Part shown: positions 13,343 to 24,270 of the stretch, one piece after another
Layout: each line of letters starts with the position of its first letter
Position numbering within the stretch: position 1 is the first letter of the stretch
DNA from: Myxococcota bacterium
Lineage (GTDB): Bacteria > Myxococcota_A > SURF-8
Length of the DNA: 64,000 bases
NCBI GenBank assembly: GCA_965140415.1
Contig: OZ223209.1
Location: 2,080,001 to 2,144,000, forward strand
Direction of reading: 5' to 3'
Notes under the pieces: model-generated
What the model saw: the letters and a program-made list of their open reading frames with translations, nothing else
What the model was told of the DNA's origin: nothing
Databases searched by the model: none
Position numbers and translations under genes: made by a program

Positions 13343-15169
13343 CTACCTCTCATGCGTAATCACGCCGAGATAAACATCCGGGTCCGAGGTGGAGATGGTG
13401 ATTTTCAGGCTGCCGGTCAGACCGGTTAAATCCAAAAATTTCGCGCTGGTGGAACGGATGACATCCTCGAAGGGATTGATCTGGTATAGTGACACCGCCG
13501 GACCGGAATAGGGAATTTTTTCCGAAATGGACGGGTGGCTGCGCTCGCCGTGAGTCAGAATGCCCACTTCTCCACCGGTCAGGGGATCGATGCGAATGGG
13601 TTCGTAGTTGTAGCGCGAATCGTTGCTTAACTCGGTGCCGTCTGCGATCAGCGTTACCAGCCAGTCGAAGAAGAATTCTTCAAACGGTCGCCCGGTCGCT
13701 TCTTCCAAACTGTCGATGCCGTCTTTTTCCGAAAAGATGAGCTGCTGCAAAAAGTCCGCGCCGCCACCGTCGATCAGACTACCGTCGTCATCCCAGTCAA
13801 AGCCTCCCGCCTGTTCCATCAGATACACCATCAGCATCATTCCCATGCCGCGCTGCGCGATGGAATCGTCGCCACCGGTCAACGAGGTCTGATCGATATC
13901 CTGCAAGAACAACGCCGCAAGGGCGCTGTTGTCCACGCCGTAGCCGCCGATTTCCTCCGAGGCGTGCGCCAGGGCTTCATCTAACCACACGGGGCTGTTG
14001 GTTGCATTCGGATTCGAACCGGTCAGATAGGGCGCCCAGGTATGATTGGTGAAATTCAAGACGTGCTCGTACTCGTGGATGATCGTGGCTTCGATGGAGG
14101 TGATTTCTTCCGGCGATTGCGGCAGGGCCACGTAAATCATGTCGCGTTCGTTACTGGGATAACTGGCGTCGTCGTCGGGAAAGAAGTCGGCGCTGTTAAA
14201 GAAGCCCCAGACTTCCTCGCGGTTGACGTTGTAGCTCAGCAGAACGTGCAGCAGACCGTCGCCGTTGGGATCGGAGAAATCGACTTCTTCACCGTTGTAC
14301 CAGAAAAGCGGACTGCCGAAGAAAAAGCGGTCGCGCGGAACGATTACGTTCTCACAGGCGTTGAGCAATTCATCCAGATCTTCCTCGGAAACGTCGCCGA
14401 CATCCTGCTTGTCGACAAGAATGGCGCAGCGCGTACCACGACGAAGAACGTAGGCGGTCAATTCGCTATGAATGGACCAGCCGTCGAAATACAGATTGGC
14501 TCTATCCGTGCAGATGCCGTTCTCGCAGATTTCCAAGCTGCCACATTCCGTGCTCAACGTGCAACCGCCCGCTTTGAAACGAGGGGTGGAACGTCGCGCG
14601 CGTGATTTGCCGTCGCTCCATAGTGCCTTTTGGCGCACTCTTTGGTACCGGTCGAAGTCGAACTGCCGGGGACGATCCTGCAAGCGGGGCGACTGAAACA
14701 CCTTGTCCGTTTTTGAGAAAGTGGTTGGACTGGCAGTCGCGGGAATCGAACCGGTGAAGGTTGACGTCGCTCCCGATCCGGAACCGCTTCCCTTTAAGAG
14801 ACTGGGATCGAAGTCGCCCTGTACCTTGATTTCATAGGCGATATCCTGATTACTTGGCGAGGTTTGAAAGGGAACCAGATACAGCGTGTTCTTGCCGACA
14901 TCGAGGTAAAAGGAACTGCGCTCTTGTGCATTGTGAAACAGAAACGACAGGGTAGAGGAACTACAGCCGCCATCCAGGCAGATTTCGTTGCTTTCCGAGC
15001 AGTTGTCCTGGCTGTAGAATACGCCGTCGGAGCAGATTGCCGCTGATCCGTCGTAGCAACCGGCTTCTCCTTCATCCGAGCAACTGAAAGGACTGTAAGT
15101 GTCTTCTTCACAGGCGATTTGTAGCAATCCGATCAGCAACACGATGAAAAGGATCTGAATTTGTCGCAT
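13343..15169 (-). CDS. Lipoprotein, putative zinc metallopeptidase with Cys-rich segments
   Basis: Lipobox QIAC; HEYEH followed by WLDEALA (gluzincin-like third ligand); GFFNSAD...SNERDMIY. Confidence 0.7.
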   Translation of the reverse strand: MRQIQILFIVLLIGLLQIACEEDTYSPFSCSDEGEAGCYDGSAAICSDGVFYSQDNCSESNEICLDGGCSSSTLSFLFHNAQERSSFYLDVGKNTLYLVPFQTSPSNQDIAYEIKVQGDFDPSLLKGSGSGSGATSTFTGSIPATASPTTFSKTDKVFQSPRLQDRPRQFDFDRYQRVRQKALWSDGKSRARRSTPRFKAGGCTLSTECGSLEICENGICTDRANLYFDGWSIHSELTAYVLRRGTRCAILVDKQDVGDVSEEDLDELLNACENVIVPRDRFFFGSPLFWYNGEEVDFSDPNGDGLLHVLLSYNVNREEVWGFFNSADFFPDDDASYPSNERDMIYVALPQSPEEITSIEATIIHEYEHVLNFTNHTWAPYLTGSNPNATNSPVWLDEALAHASEEIGGYGVDNSALAALFLQDIDQTSLTGGDDSIAQRGMGMMLMVYLMEQAGGFDWDDDGSLIDGGGADFLQQLIFSEKDGIDSLEEATGRPFEEFFFDWLVTLIADGTELSNDSRYNYEPIRIDPLTGGEVGILTHGERSHPSISEKIPYSGPAVSLYQINPFEDVIRSTSAKFLDLTGLTGSLKITISTSDPDVYLGVITHER

Positions 15170-15303
15170 GATTGAACTCTCGTTAAAGAAAAAGTGTTAT
15201 GTGGTCGAAGGTTGTAAGTCTGACATATTCATAACGATATAGGAAAGAGAGGTTTCTGTACAATCTTATTGCGATTGTTTTTCACTGAAACTAAAGTACG
15301 ACT

Positions 15304-16488
15304 ATGAAAACCGGTGAGATTGCAAATAACTGGCGATGTGGGGTCTACATTCACTGGCCGTATTGCGAGCGCAAGTGCCCCTACTGCGACTTTCACTCCG
15401 TCGTGTCTGGAAATAAAAGTGATTCCAGTATGATAGAAGCGATGTTGTCCGAGCTTCGTTTGCGCTCGCCAGCCTTTACACAATATCCATTGGAATCGGT
15501 TTACATCGGCGGTGGGACGCCATCGTTGATGCGCCCGGAGGATATCCGGCAATTGTTACAGGCTATCGAAGATTGCTGGTCGGCCAAGGCTCAGGAAGTA
15601 ACGGTGGAAGTCAATCCGCATTCTGCAATAGACGGCTTTTTGCAACAAATACGAGAGGTTGGTGTAAATCGACTTTCCATCGGCGTGCAAAGCTTCAATG
15701 ATGCTGTTCTCCGGTTTCTGGGGCGCTTGCATGACGCTAGGCAGGCTCGTCAAGCCATTGAAAGTGCCCGTGCCGCTGGTTTCGATAACTTGAGTCTGGA
15801 TCTGATTCTGGCCAGCCATGTTTCCAGCCCCATGACTTTGGAAAACGACCTTGAGTCGATAGCCGAGTATGCCCCAGAGCACGTTTCGGCGTATTTATTA
15901 ACGATAGAGGAAAACACGCCTTTCGGTCGAAGCCAGGCGAAAGGAAAGAAACTCGTACTGGAGGAAGACGAAGCCATCGGGCAATGGCTGCGCTGTCGGG
16001 ATCGCCTGGCGGAATTGGGATATTCTCAGTACGAAGTGTCAAACTATGCCAGACCGGGATTTCGTTCCCGGCACAACCAGCTTTATTGGTCCGGGGATGC
16101 CTACTTGGGACTAGGACCGGGGGCGCATAGCTATCATCCAATAAGCTCACAACATCCGGCCACGCGAACGGAAAACTTGAAAGATCATGATAAGTATATC
16201 CAAAGCTGGAATCTTCCAGAACCGGCGTTTGAGTATGAAGAGCAGCTACTCAAAGAAGATTTGCAGCGTGAAACCATATTGACTGGGTTACGGCGTCTTG
16301 AAGGTATCGGAGAGCAGGAGTTCTATTTTCGAACAGGTACGGAGTTACTTGAAAGTTACGGAGAGGCAATCGAGCGGCTTTGCCAACGCGGGTTGCTTTA
16401 CTGGGATGGAGCGGCAAAAGAGAGGCGGATTTGTCCCACATCTCAAGGGGTACTTTTACTCAATGATGTGCTTGTAGAGTTTTTTTAA
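15304..16488 (+). CDS. hemW: Radical SAM heme chaperone
   Basis: YIHWPYCERKCPYCDF, GGGTPS, HVSAYLLTIE (HxSxYxL), YEVSNY, HNQLYW; upstream of grpE-dnaK. Confidence 0.88.
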   Translation: MKTGEIANNWRCGVYIHWPYCERKCPYCDFHSVVSGNKSDSSMIEAMLSELRLRSPAFTQYPLESVYIGGGTPSLMRPEDIRQLLQAIEDCWSAKAQEVTVEVNPHSAIDGFLQQIREVGVNRLSIGVQSFNDAVLRFLGRLHDARQARQAIESARAAGFDNLSLDLILASHVSSPMTLENDLESIAEYAPEHVSAYLLTIEENTPFGRSQAKGKKLVLEEDEAIGQWLRCRDRLAELGYSQYEVSNYARPGFRSRHNQLYWSGDAYLGLGPGAHSYHPISSQHPATRTENLKDHDKYIQSWNLPEPAFEYEEQLLKEDLQRETILTGLRRLEGIGEQEFYFRTGTELLESYGEAIERLCQRGLLYWDGAAKERRICPTSQGVLLLNDVLVEFF

Positions 16489-16497
16489 GTGCATTTC

Positions 16498-16526
16498 TTG
16501 ACATGCGTAATTTCATTGAATAATCT
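16498..16526 (+). promoter_or_regulatory. Putative sigma70 promoter of grpE-dnaK-dnaJ
   Basis: TTGACA-17 nt-TAATCT. Confidence 0.55.
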
Positions 16527-16593
16527 CTCTGGATGGTAGTAGCCGGCGAAGCTCTGTCTTTCGCTCGGAAATTAGTCGTTCAATTCGTGTAGA

Positions 16594-17742
16594 GTGAGGA
16601 ATCAGTTGACGAACAAGAAGCGTGCTCCAAAATCAACGGAAATCAATCTGGAAGACATGGACGAGCATTTCCAGGATCTGGATTCGCTGGCAAGTGCTCT
16701 GAACAACGCTTTACAGGATGCTGACAAGGTCTTGAGCAAAGGGCGGACTAGCGAGGAAGGAACTCCTGAAACTGCGCCTGCTCAAACCGATCCATCAGAC
16801 AACGAAACGCAGATCCTGTCCGGCGAAGAAACGATTCCGATAGAGATCGACGAGAGTATCGATGTCATGGAAAAGCTGGGCGAAGAAATGGTCGCTGAAA
16901 ATACCGGTGATAGCGAAGTAATCGAGATCGAAGAAGCGGAAATAGAAGTTGCACCGGAAGTTGAAGAGGTTGTTGTGGAAGAACCCGAATCTGAAGTGGT
17001 TCAAGAGGCGAAACCGGTAGAAGAAGAGCCGAAAAAAGAAAGCCCGGCCCCGATGGGATTGGCGGATCTTCCCGATGAAGAGCAGGAAGAAGACGACCCG
17101 CAAGAAGACTCGAAATCGGGCAGCGCACGCGAGGAAGAGTTGTACGAACGCCTGTTGCGCAACATGGCGGATTTCGAGAACTATAAAAAGCGCGTCAACC
17201 GGGACAAAGAAGACCTGCGGCGTTTCGCCAATGAAGATATCATCATGCAATTGCTGCCGGTGATGGACAACTTTGAACGCGCCATCACTCATGTGAAAGA
17301 ATCGAAGGATATTCGGGCCTTGCTGGAAGGCGTCAATATGATATTCCGGCAAATTCGGGAAATCCTTAAGAAATACGGTGTTCGAAGTTTCGAAAGCATT
17401 GGCAAGCCCTTCGATCCTACCAAACATCAGGCGGTATCGCTTCGTGAAACCGCAGAAACGCTGCCAAACACTATTCTGGAAGAATTCCAGCGCGGATACT
17501 TTCTACATGATCGTCTGATCCGTCCGGCGATGGTTGTGGTATCATCTGCGGCGGAAGGCGAAAGTGGTAAAAAAGAATCCGAATCGGCGCAAGCCGAGGA
17601 GGTGGTTGAGGAACTGGAAGAATTGTCACCGCTGGAAGCTGAGGACGAGGCTGATGGGGCAGATACGGAAGCCGTCGACTCCCAGCAGGAGGATGACTCC
17701 GATCAAGAAGGCGAACTTGAGGAATTGGAACCAATTTCATAG
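16594..17742 (+). CDS. grpE: Nucleotide exchange factor GrpE with long acidic N- and C-terminal extensions
   Basis: ADFENYKKR, LLPVMDNFERA, FDPTKHQAV, GYFLHDRLIRPAMVVV; start codon uncertain. Confidence 0.9.
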   Translation: MRNQLTNKKRAPKSTEINLEDMDEHFQDLDSLASALNNALQDADKVLSKGRTSEEGTPETAPAQTDPSDNETQILSGEETIPIEIDESIDVMEKLGEEMVAENTGDSEVIEIEEAEIEVAPEVEEVVVEEPESEVVQEAKPVEEEPKKESPAPMGLADLPDEEQEEDDPQEDSKSGSAREEELYERLLRNMADFENYKKRVNRDKEDLRRFANEDIIMQLLPVMDNFERAITHVKESKDIRALLEGVNMIFRQIREILKKYGVRSFESIGKPFDPTKHQAVSLRETAETLPNTILEEFQRGYFLHDRLIRPAMVVVSSAAEGESGKKESESAQAEEVVEELEELSPLEAEDEADGADTEAVDSQQEDDSDQEGELEELEPIS

Positions 17743-17831
17743 TAGATATCAAAGTTTAAAGTAGCAGAAGAGCTGATGACTCCAGGAACTGCCGATTCCG
17801 GGAGCCTTTTTTGACACGGCAAGGAGACACC

Positions 17832-19709
17832 ATGAGCAAAATTATCGGGATTGATTTGGGGACAACCAACTCGTGCGTAGCAGTGATGGAATCGCAAGAT
17901 CCGGTTGTAATAGCAAATTCCGAAGGTTCTCGCACCACCCCGTCTATGGTTGCCATTACCGAGCAGGGGGAGCGGCTGGTCGGTCAGATCGCCAAGCGGC
18001 AATCGATTACGAATCCCGAAAATACCATATTCTCGATCAAGCGACTGGTCGGGCGTCATTTCGATTCACCGGAAGTGCAAAAAGCCACCAAGATGGTTTC
18101 CTACAATATCACCAAGGCGGAGAATGGGGATGCCTGGGTGAAGATTCTGGACAAGCAGTTCAGTCCGCCTGAAATTTCCGCCATGGTTTTGCAGAAAATG
18201 AAGCAGACGGCGGAAGACTACCTTGGCGAGCCGGTCACCGATGCCGTGATTACGGTTCCTGCATACTTCAATGACAGTCAACGGCAGGCGACCAAGGACG
18301 CGGGTAAAATCGCGGGTCTGAACGTTATGCGTATCATCAACGAGCCCACGGCTGCTGCATTGGCTTATGGCTTGGATAAAGAAGAAAAAGAGCGAATTGC
18401 GGTATACGATCTCGGCGGCGGCACCTTCGATATTTCCATTCTTGAGTTAAGTGATGGCGTGTTCGAGGTGTTGGCTACCAATGGCGATACCTTCTTGGGT
18501 GGCGAGGATTTCGACCAGCGCATCATCGATTGGATGTCGGACGAGTTCAAGCGCCAATATGGCATCGATCTGCGTAGCGATCGCATGGCCTTGCAGCGCC
18601 TCAAAGAGGCGGCTGAATCCGCCAAGCACGAGTTGTCCACCTCGCAGGAGACGGAAATCAACTTGCCGTTTATTACGGCGGACGCTTCCGGTCCCAAGCA
18701 TCTGCATTTGCAGTTGACTCGCGCCAAAATGGAAACTTTGGTGGAGGATCTGGTGGAACGTACCATCGATCCTTGCAAATTGGCTCTAAAAGACGCCGGG
18801 ATTACAACAGAGTCGATCACCCAGGTTATCCTGGTTGGTGGTATGACTCGTATGCCGAAAGTGCAGCAACGGGTCTCCGAGTTCTTCAAGAAGCAGCCGT
18901 ATAAGGGCGTCAATCCGGATGAAGTGGTGGCCATCGGCGCATCGATTCAGGGCGGCGTTTTGAAGGGTGATGTCAAAGATGTGCTGCTGCTGGATGTGAC
19001 CCCGTTGTCCTTGGGTATTGAAACACTGGGTGGCGTTTTCACCAAGCTGATCGAACGCAACACAACCATCCCGACGACCAAGAGTCAGGTGTTTTCAACC
19101 GCTTCGGACAATCAGCCGGCGGTTAGTGTGCATGTCTTGCAGGGTGAGCGCGAAATGGCCGTCGATAATAAAACGCTGGCCAGATTCGAATTGGTGGGTA
19201 TTCCGCCTGCACCTCGCGGAGTGCCTCAGATCGAAGTTACGTTCAACATCGACGCCAACGGCATTTTGAATGTCTCCGCCAAGGATTTGGGAACCGGCAA
19301 AGAGCAGGCGATTCGCATTACCGCCTCCTCCGGCCTGTCCGAAGACGAAATCAATCGGATGGTATCGGATGCCGAATTGCAGAAAGATGCCGATCAGCGC
19401 AAGCTGCAACTGGCGGAATTGCGCAATGACGCAGATACGCTCATGTATACCACCGAGCGCGCCTTGAAAGATTACGCCGACCAGATCGATGCGGAAGATC
19501 GGGTGGATATCGAACTGGGCTTGAAAGAACTGCGAGTGGCCTTGGATACCAATGATGGGAATACCATCCAGATGGCCATTGCTAAACTGTCCGATTCCTC
19601 TCATAAAATTGCGGATATGATGTACGCGGAAGCTTCGCGTGTGGCGGAGGAAGCCAGTTTCGCCAGCAGTGCGGATATGCCGGAAGATGAGAACGGCGGA
19701 AAAGAGTAA
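17832..19709 (+). CDS. dnaK: Chaperone DnaK (Hsp70)
   Basis: [34 protein letters not shown]. Confidence 0.98.
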   Translation: MSKIIGIDLGTTNSCVAVMESQDPVVIANSEGSRTTPSMVAITEQGERLVGQIAKRQSITNPENTIFSIKRLVGRHFDSPEVQKATKMVSYNITKAENGDAWVKILDKQFSPPEISAMVLQKMKQTAEDYLGEPVTDAVITVPAYFNDSQRQATKDAGKIAGLNVMRIINEPTAAALAYGLDKEEKERIAVYDLGGGTFDISILELSDGVFEVLATNGDTFLGGEDFDQRIIDWMSDEFKRQYGIDLRSDRMALQRLKEAAESAKHELSTSQETEINLPFITADASGPKHLHLQLTRAKMETLVEDLVERTIDPCKLALKDAGITTESITQVILVGGMTRMPKVQQRVSEFFKKQPYKGVNPDEVVAIGASIQGGVLKGDVKDVLLLDVTPLSLGIETLGGVFTKLIERNTTIPTTKSQVFSTASDNQPAVSVHVLQGEREMAVDNKTLARFELVGIPPAPRGVPQIEVTFNIDANGILNVSAKDLGTGKEQAIRITASSGLSEDEINRMVSDAELQKDADQRKLQLAELRNDADTLMYTTERALKDYADQIDAEDRVDIELGLKELRVALDTNDGNTIQMAIAKLSDSSHKIADMMYAEASRVAEEASFASSADMPEDENGGKE

Positions 19710-19833
19710 AAACAATTTTCCGCTTGTTACTTGCCAGGCTCAGAAGATCTTTGCTGACGCTGGCGATGGCGACAGCCGGGAGGCTGTCGCGGTAAAAATT
19801 GTATCGATGAGAATTTGTTGTTTCTTGGGGGTT

Positions 19834-19870
19834 AGCCGGATGCTATAAGCATCCCGGCTGTTTTTGTTTT
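19834..19870 (+). terminator. Putative intrinsic terminator/attenuator between dnaK and dnaJ
   Basis: Hairpin AGCCGGATGCT/AGCATCCCGGCT followed by GTTTTTGTTTT. Confidence 0.5.
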
Positions 19871-19902
19871 CGACCCCGAGAAAGATACTAGAGGTTAAAG
19901 AA

Positions 19903-21048
19903 GTGGCACCTGAGAAGCGAGACTATTACGAAGTATTGGGCGTTGGGCGGGATGCAAGTGCAGAGGAGATCAAGAAGGCATTCCGTAAAATGGCGGTCAA
20001 GTACCATCCCGACCGTAACAAGGAAGAGGGCGCGGAAGAAAAGTTCAAGGAAGTTGCAGAAGCTTACGATGTGCTGTCCAATGCCAGTAAGCGCCAAACC
20101 TACGATCGTTTCGGTCATGCCGGAAAAAGCCGTGGTTTCGGTGGGTTCGATTTCGATTTCAATTCGTTCACCCAAAGCAGCGCGTTTTCGGACATCTTCG
20201 GCGATATCTTTGGCGATATCTTTGGTGGTGGCGGTTTCGGAGGCAGGCGCAGTTCCGCGCGTCGCGGACACGATCTGCGCTACGATCTGGAATTGGACAT
20301 GCTTGAAGCGGCGCAAGGTTGCGACAAGGAAATCGAAGTTCCCAGAATGGAAACCTGCAATACCTGTAGCGGTTCCGGTGCGCGCCCAGGATCGTCTCCT
20401 ACGACCTGCTCACGCTGCGGCGGTTCGGGACAGATTCGCATGCAGCAGGGCTTCTTTTCCGTTGTGCGTACGTGCAGTGAATGCGGCGGCGCCGGGCGTG
20501 TAATCAAAGATCCCTGCGCGGATTGTCATGGTCGAGGGCAGGTAGAAGTAACCCGTAAACTGAGTGTAACACTTCCTGCGGGCATCGATCATGGACAGCG
20601 GCTGAAGTTGCAGGGAGAAGGCGAAGCCGGAATCGGTGGAGGTCCGCGCGGTAGCTTGTATGTGGTGGTCAGTATTCGCCCGCACGAGTTTTTCAAGCGC
20701 GCCGACGATGATATTTACATCGAAGTTCCCATCAGTTTCGGTCAGGCCGCTTTGGGAGCCAAGATCGACGTACCCACGCTTGAGGGCAAACACTCTCTGA
20801 AAATCCCAGCCGGAACGCAGCCGGGAGCGCAATTCACCTTAAAGGGGAAGGGCGTTCAGCATTTAGGCGGTTTTGGAAAAGGGGATCAGCATGTGCACGT
20901 ACAGGTGGAAGTTCCCGTTCATTTGAGCAAGGAACAGAAGGAATTGATTGAAAAATTCGATCAATCCTGTTGCGAAAGCAGTGACAAGGCCCATCCGCAG
21001 CAGACCAGCTTTTTCGAGAAGGTAAAGCAGTTTTTTAGCGTGGAATAG
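19903..21048 (+). CDS. dnaJ: Chaperone DnaJ
   Basis: [14 protein letters not shown]-rich region, four CxxCxGxG repeats; GTG start after GAGG. Confidence 0.97.
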   Translation: MAPEKRDYYEVLGVGRDASAEEIKKAFRKMAVKYHPDRNKEEGAEEKFKEVAEAYDVLSNASKRQTYDRFGHAGKSRGFGGFDFDFNSFTQSSAFSDIFGDIFGDIFGGGGFGGRRSSARRGHDLRYDLELDMLEAAQGCDKEIEVPRMETCNTCSGSGARPGSSPTTCSRCGGSGQIRMQQGFFSVVRTCSECGGAGRVIKDPCADCHGRGQVEVTRKLSVTLPAGIDHGQRLKLQGEGEAGIGGGPRGSLYVVVSIRPHEFFKRADDDIYIEVPISFGQAALGAKIDVPTLEGKHSLKIPAGTQPGAQFTLKGKGVQHLGGFGKGDQHVHVQVEVPVHLSKEQKELIEKFDQSCCESSDKAHPQQTSFFEKVKQFFSVE

Positions 21049-21111
21049 GCTTCGGGATTTCGTCATTTCGAGAATGACAAAGTGATTTTAGCCGCTCCGG
21101 ATTGGATGCGG

Positions 21112-21930
21112 CTATTTTTCTGCCTGCTTGGCCTTTTGCCAAAGAGCCTCCAATTGATCGACGCTCGCTTCATCCAGGGGGATTTCCGCTTTCGCCAGTT
21201 CTTTTTCGATGGATCCGAAACGCCGCCGGAATTTGCTCATCGTGCGCGTCAAGGCATCGTGTGAACGAATGCCCAGCTTGCGGCCCACGTTCACCAGCGT
21301 GAACAGGGTGTCGCCCAACTCATCTTCCAATCGTTCCTGCGATTCTCCCAGCATAATCGCTTCTTTCAATTCCGCGACTTCCTCATCCAGCTTGTCCAGC
21401 ACGTCTTCCGGTTTTTCCCATTCAAAGCCGACGGCCACTGCTCGTTCGGAGATGCGCAGCGCCTGTAGCAAGGGCGGCAGGCTGCGCGGGACGCCTTCCA
21501 GGATGGATTCTGCCGGTTTTTCTCCGCCGTTCTTTTCTTTCTTCTCTTCCGCTTTCAACTTTGCCCAGCGTCCAGGAACTTCCTCCGCCTCGTGGACGAT
21601 CTCATCGCCGAATACGTGTGGATGACGACGGATCAGCTTATCGTGAATCGAACGGATCGAGTCGTATACGGAAAACCATCCGGCTTCTTGTGCAATGCGG
21701 GCGAGGAAACAGACTTCAAACAGCACGTCTCCAAGCTCTTCCTTGATCGCCTCCGGGTCGCGCTCGTCGATGGCTTGCAGCGCCTCATGCACCTCTTCCA
21801 GGAAATAGTCCTTGATCGACATCATGTTTTGCTTGCGATCCCAGGGACAGCCATTCTCGCCGCGCAGGCGGGCCATGATCTCTACCAGATCGTCGAAACC
21901 GATCGTTTCTTTTGTTTCACTTCCAGACAT
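21112..21930 (-). CDS. mazG: Nucleoside triphosphate pyrophosphohydrolase
   Basis: GCPWDRKQ, EELGD, KLIRRHPHVFG, second ELGD, KFRRRF; GGAGG RBS. Confidence 0.95.
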   Translation of the reverse strand: MSGSETKETIGFDDLVEIMARLRGENGCPWDRKQNMMSIKDYFLEEVHEALQAIDERDPEAIKEELGDVLFEVCFLARIAQEAGWFSVYDSIRSIHDKLIRRHPHVFGDEIVHEAEEVPGRWAKLKAEEKKEKNGGEKPAESILEGVPRSLPPLLQALRISERAVAVGFEWEKPEDVLDKLDEEVAELKEAIMLGESQERLEDELGDTLFTLVNVGRKLGIRSHDALTRTMSKFRRRFGSIEKELAKAEIPLDEASVDQLEALWQKAKQAEK

Positions 21931-22070
21931 TGTTACCTCCAGCAGTGGCCCTACCACAGTAAAGGGGGAAAGGCAAGGTTAGTGATCGATAACGGTTGCG
22001 GCAGATTGCCGATTATGGCATGGTCGAATCATCTCGGTATGAACATGAGTTTTAGTAAGGAGAGGCTTGC

Positions 22071-24251
22071 ATGCAATGGATGGCATTCGTTCGACTTGTG
22101 GCTGTTTGCCTGTGCATATCCGTTTTTCCGGTGCTGAGCTTGTCGTGTTCGGAGAACCCAAACGATCCGGTGACGGACGGAGATTTGGAAGCAGAGCAAC
22201 GCGAGGCAGAGGATTCCGAGCGGACGGGGGACGAATATGCAGCGCTGGAACTGAGCGAATCCTTAAACGCCACGTTTGACGATCCGATCCTGTTGACGAT
22301 GGCGGCGGAGAAAAGTCGCAGCCACTATTTCGTGGATGAAGGCTATACGTTAACGCGCGATGAAAGCGGGATCGTATCTTTTGTTACCGATACCGCTGGG
22401 GATTTCGGCTTGGCGCTAATGGTGGATGGCGTTCCGATTCTGTCCGATTCCGAGATGTTTTCGCCGGTTTCCATTCAAGCGGTGACAAGCGATGCCGTGG
22501 TGTTGACCTATCAGCCGGTGGAAGATCTTGTTGTGGAACTGCGTTTTGCGGTGCTGAGTTCGCGGGTTGCAGCGATGGAAGTCTGGCTGCGAAATCAGGG
22601 AAACGTCGCATATTCCGTTGTCGTGCAACCCTGGTTGCGTCGCTGTGAGTTAGGGTATTCCAAGGTAGCAAATCACTCCACGGGGCTCTCTTTGAACCAC
22701 CACGTCGAGATCGGGGTAGAGGAAAAGATGTTTGGTGCCGGAACTTTCGTAGAGGATCTGGCGGGACGCCTGGTGATCGATCAGGATGAGTTCTCGGTTA
22801 AGGTTGTGGAGAGTTGCGGAGACAGTCTTCTGAGCGATCTGACATCTACAAATAGCAAGCAGAGCTATCCCGGACAAGCGGCATTTGTGGCATTGACTTC
22901 GCACCTCGATCTACCGGCAAAGTCGGATCGGGTCGTTCGTACATACCGGGCGGTTGTCGATTCGGAGAAGGCGGCAAGCCTGGAAGATGAATTGCAACTG
23001 GCGCGGCAGCTTTCAATCTCGGAAATTATCCTACAGGGAGATCAGCGCCTGCAAAGCATGCTACAGGCGGCACCATTAAGCTTGAACCGGGAAGATGCCC
23101 TGCTATACCGTTCCTGCTTTACTTTGCTGGATCAACTACGTCTACCTGCCGAGGGAAATCTTGCGCACGACTATTACCTCTTTTCCCGTGAGCCGACCTG
23201 GTGGTTCGGGCGGCTGGGGCAGCACATACACGAGAGCATGGCCATGATTCTGATGGCTCGGCTTAATGCGGACTTCGCCATGGAGTCGCAACGGGTGTTT
23301 ATCGACCGGGTGGAGGCAGATGGGTATCTGCCCTATAACATCGGGCCGGTGTTGGAACAGACGGCCATGCGTACCGCCAGCGCTCCACTATTCAACTTCG
23401 TTTCCTGGGAGATGGCACAGATTATAAATGACCGGCAGTTTTTACAGGATAGCTACGACGCCGGGGTGTTACTGCATGGTTTCTGGGTGCGTGAAAGGGA
23501 CAAGGATCAGGACGGATTGTGCGAGTGGGGCGGTTACGGTCTGACCGAATCGGTGCGCGATCTGGAAAACGTGATCTGGGAGCAGGTTGCTGCACCGGAA
23601 AATCTGGAGGCGATCGGCCTGAACACGATGCTGGTCAAGGAGGAGCAGTCCCTGGCGGCGATGGCGCAGGCATTGGGACTTACTGACGAAGCCACGCAAT
23701 GGCAGCAAGCCGCGCAGGCGCGAGCCGACTTGATCAACGCAACCATGTGGGATGAACAAACCGGCTTTTATTACCATGTTACGATGGTGGACAACGATTT
23801 TTCCTATGCTTCCGAAAACGATCTCAAACGCATGGAAATCGCCGGATTCTTGCCGTTATGGGCGGGAATCGTACCGGAGGATAGAAAGCCCGACTTATTG
23901 AATACGCTTACAGATACGGCGCGTTTCTGGCGTCCCAACGGCGTTGCTGGATTATCCGCCGAGGATACCTATTACGACCCGGCGGCGTCGCAGTGCTGCC
24001 GCTGGCGGGGACCGGTGTGGGTGCAGTGGCAATGGATGCTGTTTAGAGCCTTAGTGGATATGGGAGAGACGGAACGTGCCCGCGAATTGGCCGAGAAGGT
24101 GATTTCTGCGGTACGAGTGCAACTGGCAAAAGAACATCAGTTCCGTGAATTGTACGATGCCGACGATATCGACGCGGAGAACCACAGCATGTCGAACTAC
24201 ATCTGGACGGCTTTGACCGGACAGTTGATGTTGGAAGCCGACCAGCTTTAG
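22071..24251 (+). CDS. Exported glycoside hydrolase, (alpha/alpha)6 barrel, GH63/trehalase-like
   Basis: Signal/lipobox-like SLSC; MWDEQTGFYY, GFLPLWAG, WRGPVW, FRELYD. Confidence 0.7.
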   Translation: MQWMAFVRLVAVCLCISVFPVLSLSCSENPNDPVTDGDLEAEQREAEDSERTGDEYAALELSESLNATFDDPILLTMAAEKSRSHYFVDEGYTLTRDESGIVSFVTDTAGDFGLALMVDGVPILSDSEMFSPVSIQAVTSDAVVLTYQPVEDLVVELRFAVLSSRVAAMEVWLRNQGNVAYSVVVQPWLRRCELGYSKVANHSTGLSLNHHVEIGVEEKMFGAGTFVEDLAGRLVIDQDEFSVKVVESCGDSLLSDLTSTNSKQSYPGQAAFVALTSHLDLPAKSDRVVRTYRAVVDSEKAASLEDELQLARQLSISEIILQGDQRLQSMLQAAPLSLNREDALLYRSCFTLLDQLRLPAEGNLAHDYYLFSREPTWWFGRLGQHIHESMAMILMARLNADFAMESQRVFIDRVEADGYLPYNIGPVLEQTAMRTASAPLFNFVSWEMAQIINDRQFLQDSYDAGVLLHGFWVRERDKDQDGLCEWGGYGLTESVRDLENVIWEQVAAPENLEAIGLNTMLVKEEQSLAAMAQALGLTDEATQWQQAAQARADLINATMWDEQTGFYYHVTMVDNDFSYASENDLKRMEIAGFLPLWAGIVPEDRKPDLLNTLTDTARFWRPNGVAGLSAEDTYYDPAASQCCRWRGPVWVQWQWMLFRALVDMGETERARELAEKVISAVRVQLAKEHQFRELYDADDIDAENHSMSNYIWTALTGQLMLEADQL

Positions 24252-24270
24252 AGCAGGAAAACGAAAGCAA

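Noticed and set aside
20200-20223. GGCGATATCTTT tandem repeat in dnaJ
   Set aside because: Encodes the normal DIF repeats of the DnaJ G/F-rich region.
21060-21082. GTCATT/AATGAC short hairpin after dnaJ as a REP element
   Set aside because: Short single copy with no others noticed; at most a weak terminator.
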